Source of the DNA: a bacterium
Lineage (GTDB): Bacteria; JAMCPX01
Direction: 5' to 3'
Assembly: GCA_021787665.1 (NCBI GenBank)
Contig: JAJYLN010000002.1
Location: forward strand, 74,377-138,376
DNA length: 64,000 bases
Each line of letters starts with the position of its first letter. Position 1 is the stretch's first letter. The translations under genes were made by a program, and so were the position numbers. Of the stretch, positions 44,055 to 54,890 are shown piece after piece. The notes under the pieces are model-generated. The model saw only the letters and a program-made list of their open reading frames with translations. It was not told where the DNA came from and did not search any database.

Positions 44055-44897
44055 ATGATGCGAGAGGTAAAGGTTAAGCAGATCACGGACGCCGTGAGCA
44101 GGCTCTGCATGGAGGCCAATTTCGATATCCCGGCCGATATTATGGATGCAGTCAGCAAGGCGTACCGTGAAGAGGCCTCGCCCCAGGGCAGGGACGTGCT
44201 CAAGCAGATCATAGACAACGACGAGATAGCCCACAACGAGCGGGTACCCATGTGTCAGGACACCGGACTCGCCGTGTTTTTTGTCGAGCTCGGACAGGAC
44301 GTGCACATAACAGGCGGACTGCTGAACGATGCTATCAACGACGGGGTACGGAAGGGCTATAAGGAAGGCTACCTTCGGAAATCGACCTGCAACCCATTCA
44401 CGAGAAAAAACGTCGGGGACAATACGCCGTCCGTTATCCATGTCGAGGTCGTGGCCGGTGACAGAATAAAGATCACGATGGCCGCGAAGGGTGGTGGCAG
44501 CGAGAACATGAGCAGGGTTATGATGCTGAAGCCGTCTGACGGTCTGGAGGGCATCAAGAAATACATCATCGACAGGGTCGGGGAGTCGGGCTCCAACCCG
44601 TGCCCGCCCGTTATAGTCGGCGTGGGTATCGGAGGCACGTTCGAGCGATCAGCGCTGATCGCGAAGAAGTCGTTACTCCGTCCCCTCGATGTGCCGAACC
44701 CGGATCCGGAGCTTGACAAGCTGGAGAGGGAACTGCTTACATCTATAAACAAGCTCGGCATAGGTCCCATGGGACTTGGCGGCAGGACTACGGCGCTTGG
44801 TGTCCACGTGATCGTTGAGCCATGTCATATCGCAAGTCTACCGCTTGCCGTCAATATACAGTGCCATTCTGCGCGGCACAAGGAAACGACGTTATGA
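44055..44897 (+). CDS. fumA: Class I (Fe-S) fumarate hydratase, alpha subunit.
   Basis: Similar to the FumA/TtdA N-terminal catalytic domain (…CQDTGLAVFFVE…). Confidence 0.8.
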   Translation: MMREVKVKQITDAVSRLCMEANFDIPADIMDAVSKAYREEASPQGRDVLKQIIDNDEIAHNERVPMCQDTGLAVFFVELGQDVHITGGLLNDAINDGVRKGYKEGYLRKSTCNPFTRKNVGDNTPSVIHVEVVAGDRIKITMAAKGGGSENMSRVMMLKPSDGLEGIKKYIIDRVGESGSNPCPPVIVGVGIGGTFERSALIAKKSLLRPLDVPNPDPELDKLERELLTSINKLGIGPMGLGGRTTALGVHVIVEPCHIASLPLAVNIQCHSARHKETTL

Positions 44898-44904
44898 GGC
44901 GAAT

Positions 44905-45477
44905 ATGGCTGAGGTACTAAGGATAAAGACACCGTTAACGGATGCTGTGGTCTCGTCGCTGAAGAGCGGCAATAGCGTGCTGATAACCGGCGTCATGTAT
45001 ACGGGCAGGGACGCTGCACACAAGAGGATGATAGATGCTCTGAACAGGGGCGAGAAGCTCCCGTTCGATATCCAGGGGCAGATCATCTATTATGTGGGAC
45101 CTTCCCCGGCAAAGCCTGACAGGCCGATAGGGTCAGCAGGACCAACCACGAGCTACAGAATGGACGCCTATGCACCGACGTTGATAAAGCTCGGGCTGAA
45201 GGGCATGATTGGCAAGGGATGGAGGGCAAAGGAAGTCATCGACGCCTGCATGAAGTACAAGGCGATATACTTCGGGGCAACGGGCGGTGCGGGGGCCCTG
45301 ATAGCGAGATCGATCAGGAAGGCCGATGTGATCGCATACGACGACCTTGGCCCGGAAGCGGTACGGAAGATCGAGGTGGTGGATTTCCCCGCGATCGTCA
45401 TAAACGATGCTTACGGGAACGACCTTTATGTGAAAGGCGTTGAAGAATACAAACAATCAGAGGAGGCACATACATGA
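44905..45477 (+). CDS. fumB: Class I fumarate hydratase, beta subunit.
   Basis: Similar to the FumA C-terminal / TtdB domain. The stop overlaps the sdhC ATG. Confidence 0.8.
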   Translation: MAEVLRIKTPLTDAVVSSLKSGNSVLITGVMYTGRDAAHKRMIDALNRGEKLPFDIQGQIIYYVGPSPAKPDRPIGSAGPTTSYRMDAYAPTLIKLGLKGMIGKGWRAKEVIDACMKYKAIYFGATGGAGALIARSIRKADVIAYDDLGPEAVRKIEVVDFPAIVINDAYGNDLYVKGVEEYKQSEEAHT

Positions 45478-45848
45478 AAAAAAACGTTTACGAACCGCGC
45501 TACAGGTATCACGCGGGTACGGTTGCCTGGATACTGCACAGGCTGTCCGGGCTTGCGTTGATACTATACCTGGCCATGCACATCTGGGTCATACACCACC
45601 TGAACAGGCCGCTGGACTTCAACAACATCATGGCTTTCCTGAACGAGCCTGTTTTCAAGATACTGGAGCTTGGTCTGTGGGGAGTCATTGTCTACCATGC
45701 ACTCAACGGACTGCGGATAATCATGATTGACTTCTTTACCAGAAAGGGTGCCGCCGTACAGAAGCAGATGTTCTGGGGCGCCGTCGTGCTCGGCGTGGTC
45801 GTTTTTGCAGCCGGTGCGATCCCATTCGTGGGCACTATGATAAAATAG
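45474..45848 (+). CDS. sdhC: Succinate dehydrogenase/fumarate reductase cytochrome b subunit.
   Basis: Small 3-TM protein with conserved His residues. Its position precedes sdhD-sdhA-sdhB. Confidence 0.75.
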   Translation: MKKNVYEPRYRYHAGTVAWILHRLSGLALILYLAMHIWVIHHLNRPLDFNNIMAFLNEPVFKILELGLWGVIVYHALNGLRIIMIDFFTRKGAAVQKQMFWGAVVLGVVVFAAGAIPFVGTMIK

Positions 45849-45860
45849 GAGGTATAGTAC

Positions 45861-46244
45861 ATGAATACAAAGCTTGTTACGGGCGATTCCGGGGTGAAGA
45901 GGTGGTTCTATCAGAGGCTCACGGGGATATTCCTCGCCGTACTTCTGATAGTACATTTTGCGGTGATGCATTTTACCGGCACGGGAGAGACGAACTATCA
46001 GATAGTCGAGGCGAGGCTCGCTTCGCCGCTGTGGAAGACGTTTGATCTGGCGTTCCTGGCCTTTGCCCTGTATCACGGTATGGCAGGACTCTGGGTGGTC
46101 ATCGACGATTATGTACACCGGGACGGATGGCGGTTACTCATCTATTCTGCTGCGGTGCTCGCTGCTGTACTGTTTTTCACACTCGGCGCGGTCACGATCA
46201 TAACGTTCAGGCCGCACATCGTGTGGTTCCCACCAAAGGTGTAA
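45861..46244 (+). CDS. sdhD: Succinate dehydrogenase/fumarate reductase hydrophobic anchor subunit.
   Basis: 127-aa 3-TM protein located between sdhC and sdhA. Confidence 0.7.
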   Translation: MNTKLVTGDSGVKRWFYQRLTGIFLAVLLIVHFAVMHFTGTGETNYQIVEARLASPLWKTFDLAFLAFALYHGMAGLWVVIDDYVHRDGWRLLIYSAAVLAAVLFFTLGAVTIITFRPHIVWFPPKV

Positions 46245-46254
46245 GGAGAACATA

Positions 46255-47988
46255 ATGGCTATAAACATCGAAACACATTACCACGACGTCTTGGTTATCG
46301 GGGCCGGACTTGCCGGCTCGATGGCCGCTCTGAAGGTAGCGCCCGTAGCGGACGTTGCCGTGCTTACCAAGGTCTTCCCTACGAGGTCCCATTCGACGAC
46401 AGCGCAGGGTGGCATGGCAGCGGCACTCAACAACAACAAGTCGAAGGGCGAAGACTCATGGGAGCTCCACATGTTCGACACCGTCAAAGGTAGCGACTAC
46501 CTGGGCGATCAGGACGCGATAGAGACCCTGACGAAGGACGCCATCGAGGTGGTGTACGAGCTCGAGCATATGGGTACGCCCTTTTCCAGAACGCCGGAGG
46601 GCAAGATAGCCCAGAGGCCGTTCGGTGGCCATTCCAGGCCACGGATCGCGTACGCAGCGGACAGGACCGGTCATGTGGCACTGCACACGCTGTACGAGCA
46701 GAGCCTCAAAGAGAAGGTGAACTACTATTCAGAGTTCTTCGTGACGAAGCTGATTATCGAGGACAATACGGCCAAGGGCGCGGTGGCCGTAGACCTGAGG
46801 ACCGGCACCATCCATGTTTTTAGCTCAAAGGCGGTCATGATTGCGACCGGGGGAGGGGGACGGATTTACAAGGTCACGTCCAATGCGCACGAGTCTACCG
46901 GCGACGGTCTCTCGCTCGTGTACAGGGAGGGCCTCCCACTTATGGACCTTGAGTTTACTCAGTTCCACCCCACCGGTATCTATCCGCTGGGTATCCTCAT
47001 AACCGAAGGTGTCAGGGGAGAGGGTGGGTATTTGGTGAACAGCAAGGGAGAGCGGTTCATGGAGAAGTATGCGCCGGACATGAAGGACCTTGCGCCCCGG
47101 GACATTACGTCCAGGGCTATATACACCGAGATCAATGAGGGCCGGGGTGTCGGTCCGAATAAGGACCACGTGCTTCTTCAGATACATCACATCGGCAGGG
47201 AGAAGATCCTCGAAAGGCTGCCGGAGATATATAAGTTTGCGATCACCTACGCGGGCGTCGACTGCACCAAGGAGCCCATACCTGTGGCACCGACGATGCA
47301 CTACTTCATGGGAGGCATACCGACGAACGCACACAGTAACGTGATACGGGACGAGAAGGGTACGCCGGTCGCCGGGCTGTATGCAGGCGGAGAGGCCGCG
47401 TGCGAATCCGTTCACGGTGCCAACAGGCTTGGTGCCAATTCGCTCGTGGATACTACGGTTTTCGGCAGGCGGGCCGGGAAACACATGTACGACTTTGTGC
47501 AGCAGGTCGGTAGACCGGTACTCCCCAAGGACATCGCCGAGAGTACCGTGAAGATGCTCGAGTGGCTTCTGAGCGGGAGCGGGAAGGAGAATGTTTCGAA
47601 GCTGCGGGAGGACATGCAACAGCTTCTCTGGGATACCTGTCCGGGGTTCCGCGACGAGAAGGCGATGCAGAAGGGGCTCAAGGAAATAAAGGTGCTCCAG
47701 GAGAGGTACAAGAACGTCGGTATAAGCGACAGGGGCCGGAACTTCAACATGCAACTCAAGGATGCGATCGAGCTCGGCAACATGCTCGAGTACGCCGAGG
47801 TTGTCCTTGCATCGGCCGATTTCAGGAAGGAGAGCAGGGGGGCCCATTCCAGAACGGACTATCCCAAGAGGGACGATACGAAGTTCCTGAAGCATACACT
47901 TGCGTTCAAAGGCAAAGACGGTACGCCGGTGATGAGGCAGAAGGAAGTCTCCATTACCCGATACCAGCCTCAGGAAAGAAAGTACTAA
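46255..47988 (+). CDS. sdhA: Succinate dehydrogenase/fumarate reductase flavoprotein subunit.
   Basis: N-terminal FAD-binding [14 protein letters not shown]. …[10 protein letters not shown]… covalent-FAD His region. 577 aa. Confidence 0.9.
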   Translation: MAINIETHYHDVLVIGAGLAGSMAALKVAPVADVAVLTKVFPTRSHSTTAQGGMAAALNNNKSKGEDSWELHMFDTVKGSDYLGDQDAIETLTKDAIEVVYELEHMGTPFSRTPEGKIAQRPFGGHSRPRIAYAADRTGHVALHTLYEQSLKEKVNYYSEFFVTKLIIEDNTAKGAVAVDLRTGTIHVFSSKAVMIATGGGGRIYKVTSNAHESTGDGLSLVYREGLPLMDLEFTQFHPTGIYPLGILITEGVRGEGGYLVNSKGERFMEKYAPDMKDLAPRDITSRAIYTEINEGRGVGPNKDHVLLQIHHIGREKILERLPEIYKFAITYAGVDCTKEPIPVAPTMHYFMGGIPTNAHSNVIRDEKGTPVAGLYAGGEAACESVHGANRLGANSLVDTTVFGRRAGKHMYDFVQQVGRPVLPKDIAESTVKMLEWLLSGSGKENVSKLREDMQQLLWDTCPGFRDEKAMQKGLKEIKVLQERYKNVGISDRGRNFNMQLKDAIELGNMLEYAEVVLASADFRKESRGAHSRTDYPKRDDTKFLKHTLAFKGKDGTPVMRQKEVSITRYQPQERKY

Positions 47989-48000
47989 GGAGGAAGCAAA

Positions 48001-48702
48001 GTGAAGGTGACGTTTAAGATACAGAAATTTAACCCGGAGAATGATACAAAGCCGTATATGAAGGAGTACACGGTTGCGACACACCCCAACGCAGCGGTGC
48101 TCGACTGTCTCAACGATATACGCTGGCACCAGGACGAGACGCTCTCATTCAGAAGATCGTGCGGCCATGCAATATGCGGATCGTGCGCTATGAACGTCAA
48201 CGGGAAAAACGGGCTCGCGTGCCAGACGCTCATCAAGGACCTGAAGCAGGGGGTCATTACGGTGAGGCCACTGCCATCGTTCCCCATCATCAAAGACCTC
48301 GTGGTCGACCTCGACAAGTTCTACGCAAAGTTCAGCAAGGTGATACCTTACCTCAATAATGACGGTCCAGTACCGGAGAAGGAAAGAATCCAGTTGCCGG
48401 AGCAGCAGAAGATCATAGAAGAATCCACGACCTGTATCCTGTGTGCGTCATGCACCTCGTCGTGCCCTTCGTTCTGGGCAGATGACGATTACCTGGGTCC
48501 TGCCGCGCTCGTCAAGGCGTTCCGCTATGTGTTCGATACGAGGGACACGACGGCGGAGAAGAGGCTGAAAATGGTGAACGACAAGAACGGCGTGTTCAGG
48601 TGTCATACGATATTCAACTGCAACGAGGCGTGCCCCAAGGACATAAACATCACAGGCCATATAGCCGAGCTGAAGCTGGCACTCGTCACCACGAAGATGT
48701 GA
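48001..48702 (+). CDS. sdhB: Succinate dehydrogenase/fumarate reductase iron-sulfur subunit.
   Basis: 2Fe-2S ([11 protein letters not shown]) and 4Fe-4S/3Fe-4S ([12 protein letters not shown] … [13 protein letters not shown]) cysteine clusters. GTG start after AAGGAGG. Confidence 0.9.
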   Translation: MKVTFKIQKFNPENDTKPYMKEYTVATHPNAAVLDCLNDIRWHQDETLSFRRSCGHAICGSCAMNVNGKNGLACQTLIKDLKQGVITVRPLPSFPIIKDLVVDLDKFYAKFSKVIPYLNNDGPVPEKERIQLPEQQKIIEESTTCILCASCTSSCPSFWADDDYLGPAALVKAFRYVFDTRDTTAEKRLKMVNDKNGVFRCHTIFNCNEACPKDINITGHIAELKLALVTTKM

Positions 48703-48713
48703 GAGCGTGCGAG

Positions 48714-49883
48714 ATGAATATACACGAATATCAGGCAAAAGAGTTGATGATGAGGTTTGGTGTGGCGGTACCCAAGGGGAGGCCCGCGTTTACGCCGGAT
48801 GAGGCCCTTGCTGCAGCGCAGCAGCTCGGGGTCGGCAGGTTCGTTGTCAAGGCGCAGATCCATGCGGGCGGGAGGGGCAAGGGTGGCGGAGTCAAGCTTG
48901 CGAACTCCCCGGAAGAGGTAAAAGATATCGCCGCGAAAATGCTCGGCATGACGCTGATCACCCATCAAACAGGTCCGGAAGGCAAGGTGGTGAAGAAGGT
49001 TTATATCGAGGAAGCAGGCGCGATAGCCAAAGAGCTTTACCTCGGTATGATCATAGACAGGACGTCCAGGCAGATAGTCGTGATGGCGAGCACCGAGGGC
49101 GGCATGGAAATAGAGGAGGTCGCAGCGAAGACGCCCGAGAAGATCATCAAGGAATTCATCGATCCCGTGGCTGGCATGCAGGATTTCTATGCAAAGAAAG
49201 TCGCCTATCGGCTCGGACTGAGCGGTGACCTCGTCGGAAAACTCGTGAAGTTCCTCAAGTCGCTTTACAGAATGTTTCTCGAGCTCGACTGCAGCCTCGT
49301 GGAGATCAATCCTCTCGTCCTTACCAAGGACAACAACCTCTTTGCGCTCGACGCAAAGATCAATTTCGACGACAATGCGCTGTTCAGGCACAAAGACATC
49401 GAGGCGCTCCGCGACGTCAATGAGGAAGATGCAAAAGAGCTCGATGCCAAGGCGCACGGACTCAGCTATATCAGCCTTACCGGCAACATCGGCTGTATGG
49501 TGAACGGTGCCGGGCTTGCCATGTCGACCATGGACATTATCAAGCTCTACGGCGGCGAGCCGGCAAATTTCCTCGATGTGGGCGGAGGGGCGAACAAAGA
49601 ACAGGTCACGCACGCGTTCAAGATCATCCTGGCTGACGAAAAGGTGCAGGGCATCCTCGTCAATATATTCGGCGGCATCATGAAGTGCGACGTCATAGCG
49701 GACGGTATCATCGCCGCGGCAAAAGAGGTCAACATCCGTGTTCCCCTTGTCGTACGGCTCGAAGGTACGAACGTGGAGCTCGGACAGGAGAAGCTCGCGA
49801 GGTCCGGGCTGAACATCATAACTGCCAAGGGCATGGCGGAGGCAGCACAGAAAGTTGTCAGGGCAGTGAGAGGTGAGCTATGA
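48714..49883 (+). CDS. sucC: Succinyl-CoA synthetase beta subunit.
   Basis: [17 protein letters not shown]… ATP-grasp N-terminus. 389 aa. Confidence 0.9.
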   Translation: MNIHEYQAKELMMRFGVAVPKGRPAFTPDEALAAAQQLGVGRFVVKAQIHAGGRGKGGGVKLANSPEEVKDIAAKMLGMTLITHQTGPEGKVVKKVYIEEAGAIAKELYLGMIIDRTSRQIVVMASTEGGMEIEEVAAKTPEKIIKEFIDPVAGMQDFYAKKVAYRLGLSGDLVGKLVKFLKSLYRMFLELDCSLVEINPLVLTKDNNLFALDAKINFDDNALFRHKDIEALRDVNEEDAKELDAKAHGLSYISLTGNIGCMVNGAGLAMSTMDIIKLYGGEPANFLDVGGGANKEQVTHAFKIILADEKVQGILVNIFGGIMKCDVIADGIIAAAKEVNIRVPLVVRLEGTNVELGQEKLARSGLNIITAKGMAEAAQKVVRAVRGEL

Positions 49884-50827
49884 GTATTTTCGTAGACAGG
49901 AATACACGGGTAATAGTGCAGGGCATAACCGGGAAAGACGGCATGTTCCATACGAAGCAGTGCCGCGATTACGGAACGAAGATCGTCGGCGGCGTGACCC
50001 CTGGAAAAGGCGGCACCGACGTGGAAGGCATTCCGGTCTTTAACACGGTGGTTGATGCGGTTGTCGCCACGAGGCCGAATGCATCGATGATCTTTGTACC
50101 GCCCCCGTTTGCAGCGGACTCCATCATGGAGGCAGTTGACGCAGGCATCGAGCTCGTGGTGTGCATTACCGAGGGTATCCCCACGCTTGATATGCTGAAG
50201 GTCTCGTCCTATCTTAAGGGTAAGAGGACACGGCTTATCGGTCCAAACTGTCCCGGTATCATCACCCCCGGGGAGGCGAAGCTGGGCATCATGCCAGCCA
50301 AGATCCATAGCCCCGGGAAGGTGGGTATCATTTCGAGGAGTGGGACCCTGACATATGAGGCCGTTTACCAGATCACCGTACTTGGACTGGGCCAGTCTAC
50401 CGCCCTCGGCATCGGCGGCGATCCAATCATTGGGACCAGCTTCATCGATGCGCTAGAAGCGTTCAACGATGATCCAAAGACGGAAGCAATCATTATGATA
50501 GGGGAGATCGGAGGGACCGCGGAAGACGATGCCGCTCGGTATATCAAGAAGTATGTTGAGAAGCCCGTGGTAGCATTCATAGCAGGTCAGACGGCACCAA
50601 AAGGCAAGAGGATGGGACATGCCGGGGCCATCATAACGGGCGGTAAGACAACGGCACAGGACAAGATCGAGGTGCTCGAGTCCGTGGGTATCAAGGTCTC
50701 GAGGAGCCCGGCTGAGATTGGACAAACCATGTACGATCTGCTAAAAAAAGTGAAGGCGAAAACAATGACGAAGAGAAAGACAGGTAAGGCTGCCAGGAAG
50801 TCAAAACCATCTGCCAAAAAAAGATGA
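49880..50827 (+). CDS. sucD: Succinyl-CoA synthetase alpha subunit with an atypical ~25-aa lysine-rich C-terminal extension ([25 protein letters not shown]).
   Basis: CoA-binding and phospho-His region (…[18 protein letters not shown]… and GHAGAII). ATGA overlap with sucC. The core is ~290 aa, then a basic tail. Confidence 0.9.
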   Translation: MSIFVDRNTRVIVQGITGKDGMFHTKQCRDYGTKIVGGVTPGKGGTDVEGIPVFNTVVDAVVATRPNASMIFVPPPFAADSIMEAVDAGIELVVCITEGIPTLDMLKVSSYLKGKRTRLIGPNCPGIITPGEAKLGIMPAKIHSPGKVGIISRSGTLTYEAVYQITVLGLGQSTALGIGGDPIIGTSFIDALEAFNDDPKTEAIIMIGEIGGTAEDDAARYIKKYVEKPVVAFIAGQTAPKGKRMGHAGAIITGGKTTAQDKIEVLESVGIKVSRSPAEIGQTMYDLLKKVKAKTMTKRKTGKAARKSKPSAKKR

Positions 50828-50847
50828 TCCGAAAGGGGAAAAAGTAA

Positions 50848-51081
50848 ATGGCTGAGGCGCAAACAGTGGAGAAAAAACCACAACAAAAACACAACATAAA
50901 AATTATAGAAGAACGCTGTAAGACATGTGAATTGTGTGTAGTTTACTGTCCAGAGGACGTTCTTGCCATGAAAGAGCTGGTCGTTACGGTTAAAAATCTA
51001 GACAAGTGTACCGGTTGTATGAGGTGCGAGCTGTTCTGTCCGGATTTTGCTATCTACGTCGACTTGCCGGAAAAACCTTAA
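50848..51081 (+). CDS. korD: 2-oxoacid:ferredoxin oxidoreductase delta subunit (2x[4Fe-4S] ferredoxin).
   Basis: Two CxxCxxCxxxCP motifs in 77 aa, followed directly by the alpha/beta/gamma subunits. Confidence 0.75.
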   Translation: MAEAQTVEKKPQQKHNIKIIEERCKTCELCVVYCPEDVLAMKELVVTVKNLDKCTGCMRCELFCPDFAIYVDLPEKP

Positions 51082-51127
51082 GACAGTCGATTCTCACCTG
51101 AAAAACGATGAAAATTCTCGAGGAGGA

Positions 51128-52282
51128 ATGATGGAGAAAAAGGCTTTACTCATATCGGGCAATGAGTCATGTGTTGAGGGCGCCCTGTATGCCGGTGTGC
51201 AGTTTTATGCGGGCTATCCTATAACACCTTCGTCCGAGATAGCAGAAGGGCTCGCCAAGAAATTACCGAAGTACGGCGGCGTTATGATACAGATGGAGGA
51301 TGAGATTGCATCGATGGGTGCCATTATCGGAGCTTCCCTTACAGGCAAGAAGTCCATGACCGCGACGAGCGGTCCGGGGTTTTCCCTCAAGCAGGAAAAC
51401 CTCGGCTTCGCTTCTTTCAATGAGATACCGTGTGTGATCGTCAATGTCATGAGAGGAGGACCGAGCACGGGTGCCCCGACCGGCCCCTCCCAAGGAGACG
51501 TGATGCAGGCACGGTGGGGTACGCATGGGGATCACCCCATCGTGGCCCTTGCACCGAACTCTATCCCCGAGATATTTACAGAAACGGTCCGGGCGTTCAA
51601 TATCTCGGAGAAGTACAGGATCCCGGTCGTGCTGCTGCTCGATGAGATCATAAGCCACATGAGAGAGAAGATAACCTTTCCGGAGAAGGGCGAGCTTGAA
51701 GTCATAGATCGCATGAAGCCGACCGTCCCGCCGGACCAGTACAAGCCGTTCGATGTATCCAACTCTCCCTTGCCCCTCGTTCCACCGATGGCGGCGTACG
51801 GGACAGGGTACCGGTTTCATGTTACGGGACTGAACCACCGGACCGATGGCTTTCCCACGAACAACGGCGAGCTTATAGAAAAGGAGCTCCACCGTATTAT
51901 GGGGAAGCTTGATCTCTACAAGAAAGACATGTTCAGGACCGAGGCGTACATGCTCGAGGACGCGGAGATAGGTATCGTGGCCTTCGGTTCTTCCGCGAGG
52001 GCAGCAAAGTATGCTGTGAATGAGTTGAGGAAGCAGGGTATCAAGGCGGGCATGTTGCGGTACATCACCCTATGGCCTTTCGAAGGCGCCGCTATCGAGA
52101 TGCTGGCGCAGAAGGTCAAGTTCATCGTTGTGCCGGAGCTCAATATGGGACAACTCATACTCGAGGTCGAGCGCGCCGCACAAGGCAGGACGAAGGTGTA
52201 CGGTGTCAACAGGGTCAATATAGAGATTATCCACCCGCACGATATCATGGAAAAGGTAAAGGAGCTTTCACATGGCATTTGA
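51128..52282 (+). CDS. korA: 2-oxoacid:ferredoxin oxidoreductase alpha subunit (likely 2-oxoglutarate-specific given its context).
   Basis: Similar to KorA/PorA (…GYPITPSSEI…). The start is ATG 51128 or 51131, after AGGAGG. Confidence 0.75.
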   Translation: MMEKKALLISGNESCVEGALYAGVQFYAGYPITPSSEIAEGLAKKLPKYGGVMIQMEDEIASMGAIIGASLTGKKSMTATSGPGFSLKQENLGFASFNEIPCVIVNVMRGGPSTGAPTGPSQGDVMQARWGTHGDHPIVALAPNSIPEIFTETVRAFNISEKYRIPVVLLLDEIISHMREKITFPEKGELEVIDRMKPTVPPDQYKPFDVSNSPLPLVPPMAAYGTGYRFHVTGLNHRTDGFPTNNGELIEKELHRIMGKLDLYKKDMFRTEAYMLEDAEIGIVAFGSSARAAKYAVNELRKQGIKAGMLRYITLWPFEGAAIEMLAQKVKFIVVPELNMGQLILEVERAAQGRTKVYGVNRVNIEIIHPHDIMEKVKELSHGI

Positions 52283-53090
52283 ATATGAAAAGTATATACG
52301 GAAGGGCACCCTCCCTCATATATGGTGCCCGGGGTGCGGTCATGGCATCGTCATGAAGTCGCTCCTCAGGGCCATCGATGGACTGAAGCTCGACAAGAAC
52401 GATATCGCTGTCGTGTCCGGCATCGGCTGTGCATCGCGTCTGCCGGGCTACCTCGACATGAACACGCTCCACACGACGCATGGCAGGGCTCTTGCGTTTG
52501 CGACCGGCATAAGGCTCGCCAACCCCAAACTCAAGGTCATCGTGGTGAGCGGCGACGGCGATGCTGCCGCGATAGGCGGAAACCATCTCATCCATGCCGC
52601 AAGGAGGAACATAGAGATCACGCTCATCGTATTCAATAACTCGATCTACGGTATGACCGGCGGGCAGGTCGCCCCGACGACGCCACTGGGCGCCATCGCC
52701 ACGACCATGCCCTATGGCAACATAGACCCTCCGTTCGATCTCGTAAAGCTCGTGGAAGGAGCCGGCGCGACCTTCGTTGCGCGGACCACGTCGTACCACA
52801 CGGCCCAATGCGAGCAGTTGTTCAAACAGGCGATCATGCATAAAGGTTTTTCGGTCGTCGACGTCATTGATGCGTGTCCGGTGCAGTACGGCAGGAGAAA
52901 CAAGCCCAGGGAGGCGCCGGACATGATGCAGATCCAGAAGGACAATTCGATACCGGTACAGTTGGCGCAGAAAAAAAAGCCCGAGGAACTCGTCGGAAAG
53001 ATCATTACTGGTATCTTCGTCAAGAAGGAGCTGCCGTCCTATACCGATACGTACTACAACACCATTATACCCAGGGCCCAGGCCAAATAA
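52272..53090 (+). CDS. korB: 2-oxoacid:ferredoxin oxidoreductase beta subunit (TPP-binding).
   Basis: …GCGHG…, …GDGD… TPP motif. 11-nt overlap with korA. Confidence 0.8.
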   Translation: MAFEYEKYIRKGTLPHIWCPGCGHGIVMKSLLRAIDGLKLDKNDIAVVSGIGCASRLPGYLDMNTLHTTHGRALAFATGIRLANPKLKVIVVSGDGDAAAIGGNHLIHAARRNIEITLIVFNNSIYGMTGGQVAPTTPLGAIATTMPYGNIDPPFDLVKLVEGAGATFVARTTSYHTAQCEQLFKQAIMHKGFSVVDVIDACPVQYGRRNKPREAPDMMQIQKDNSIPVQLAQKKKPEELVGKIITGIFVKKELPSYTDTYYNTIIPRAQAK

Positions 53091-53109
53091 AGAGAGATAG
53101 GAGTGATCA

Positions 53110-53661
53110 ATGAGTAAAAACACAGAGATCAGGCTAAGCGGCGAAGGTGGTCAGGGGCTTATCCTTGCGGGCGTTATCCTTGCATCAGCGGCCCTTCTGG
53201 AGGGAAAGAATGCGGCACAGTCGCAGTACTATGGCCCGGAGTCAAGGGGCGGTATAAGCAAATCCGAGGTCGTGATCAGCGACGGCGAGATCATCTATCC
53301 CGAAGTTGCTGACCCGGACCTCGTGCTGGTGCTCTCGGACGTGGCGAGTATTCCTTATACCAAGGACGTCCGGCGCGACGATACCCTCGTGATATTTGAT
53401 TCCGGTACCGTCAAGAAGTTCCCGGACCTCAAGCATGGCAGGATCTATAAATTGCCGTTCACGATGACCGCGCACGACAAGCTGGGGAAGCCCTTTATAG
53501 CGAACATCATAGCCCTGGGCACGATCGTGGGTCTGATAGGCGTTGTCAGCAAGGAATCGATAGAGAAGGCGGTTCTCGCAAGGGTACCGAAGGGCACCGA
53601 GGAACTGAACAAGACGGCCTTGCTGGAGGGCTTCGAGCTCGCAAAGACTATAAAAAAATAG
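53110..53661 (+). CDS. korC: 2-oxoacid:ferredoxin oxidoreductase gamma subunit.
   Basis: 183 aa (…IRLSGEGGQGLILAGVILA…), typical of the gamma subunit. Confidence 0.8.
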   Translation: MSKNTEIRLSGEGGQGLILAGVILASAALLEGKNAAQSQYYGPESRGGISKSEVVISDGEIIYPEVADPDLVLVLSDVASIPYTKDVRRDDTLVIFDSGTVKKFPDLKHGRIYKLPFTMTAHDKLGKPFIANIIALGTIVGLIGVVSKESIEKAVLARVPKGTEELNKTALLEGFELAKTIKK

Positions 53662-53676
53662 AAAGGAAAAATGGTT

Positions 53677-54810
53677 ATGAAAAAGTATCTTTTGACACCA
53701 GGTCCGACTGAACTTCCGCCGAGGGTCCTGCTCGCCATGGCACACCCGATAATCCACCACAGAGCTCCGGAATTTCTGCCGGTGATCGAGCAGGCGAGAG
53801 AAGGGTTGAAATGGCTCTTCAAGACGAAAAACGAAGTGCTCATTCTTGCGTCGTCCGGTACGGGTGCCATGGAGGGCGCTGTTACGAACTTCCTGTCAAA
53901 AGGGGACAGGGCCGTGACCGTGAACGGCGGGAAGTTTGGCGAGCGGTGGGGACAAATCTGCAAGGCCTACGGCGTCGAGGCGGATGTCGTCAATGTCGAA
54001 TGGGGCCAGGCCGTGGATCCGGAGAAGATAAAGGCAGAGCTGAAAAAGTACCCCGATACAAAGGCCATCTACATCCAAGCGACGGAGACATCAACCGGGG
54101 TGGTCCACCCGGTGCGGGAGATAGCACAGATCGTTCATGACAACAGCAAGGCCATCCTCGTCGTCGACGGTATCACCGGCGTCGGTGTGTTCGACCTGCC
54201 CATGGACGAATGGGGGATCGATATCCTTCTGACGGGCTCACAGAAAGCCCTCATGCTCCCTCCCGGGCTTGCCTTCATAGGTATCAGCGACAGGGCGTGG
54301 AAACTTGCCGAGACGTCTACCCTTCCGAAGTTCTATTTCAACTTCAGCAAGGAGCTCAAGAACATCGTGAAGAACCAGACCGCGTATACACCAGCGATAT
54401 CGCTCATCATAGGGCTCGGTGAATCCCTGAAGATGATGAAGGAAGAGGGTATCGAGAACGTCTACCGGCGGCACACGCTGCTTGCCGATGCAACGAGGAA
54501 GGGCGTGCAGGCTATGGGGCTGAGGCTGTATGCGTCTCAGGCGCCTTCCAATTCCCTGACGGCCGTGTTTGCCCCGGAGGGCATCGATTCGGGCAAGATC
54601 ATAAGTGCGATCGAGAAAGACTTCGGCATCAGGATAGCGAACGGGCAGGACCAGGCAAAGGGCAAGATATTCAGGGTCGCGCACATGGGATACTACGACA
54701 AGTCAGATATCCTTTTTGCGCTAGCCGCGCTCGAGATCGTTCTCAATAAGATCGGTCACAAAGTTACGCCCGGTATCGGAGTCGGCGCGGCAGAGGGCGT
54801 TTTCATGTAA
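53677..54810 (+). CDS. Class V (AGXT-like) PLP aminotransferase; serine-pyruvate / possible phosphoserine aminotransferase.
   Basis: Resembles the AGXT family (…LLTPGPTE…, Lys-containing …GSQKALM…). Start is ATG 53677, with better RBS spacing than 53671. Confidence 0.7.
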   Translation: MKKYLLTPGPTELPPRVLLAMAHPIIHHRAPEFLPVIEQAREGLKWLFKTKNEVLILASSGTGAMEGAVTNFLSKGDRAVTVNGGKFGERWGQICKAYGVEADVVNVEWGQAVDPEKIKAELKKYPDTKAIYIQATETSTGVVHPVREIAQIVHDNSKAILVVDGITGVGVFDLPMDEWGIDILLTGSQKALMLPPGLAFIGISDRAWKLAETSTLPKFYFNFSKELKNIVKNQTAYTPAISLIIGLGESLKMMKEEGIENVYRRHTLLADATRKGVQAMGLRLYASQAPSNSLTAVFAPEGIDSGKIISAIEKDFGIRIANGQDQAKGKIFRVAHMGYYDKSDILFALAALEIVLNKIGHKVTPGIGVGAAEGVFM

Positions 54811-54890
54811 GGACCGGAAGCTCGCCGGAAGGGATAGGGGGTTTCGTAGTGCGTGGCTCGGAGTAAAAAAACGTGACAGGGAGAATATAT

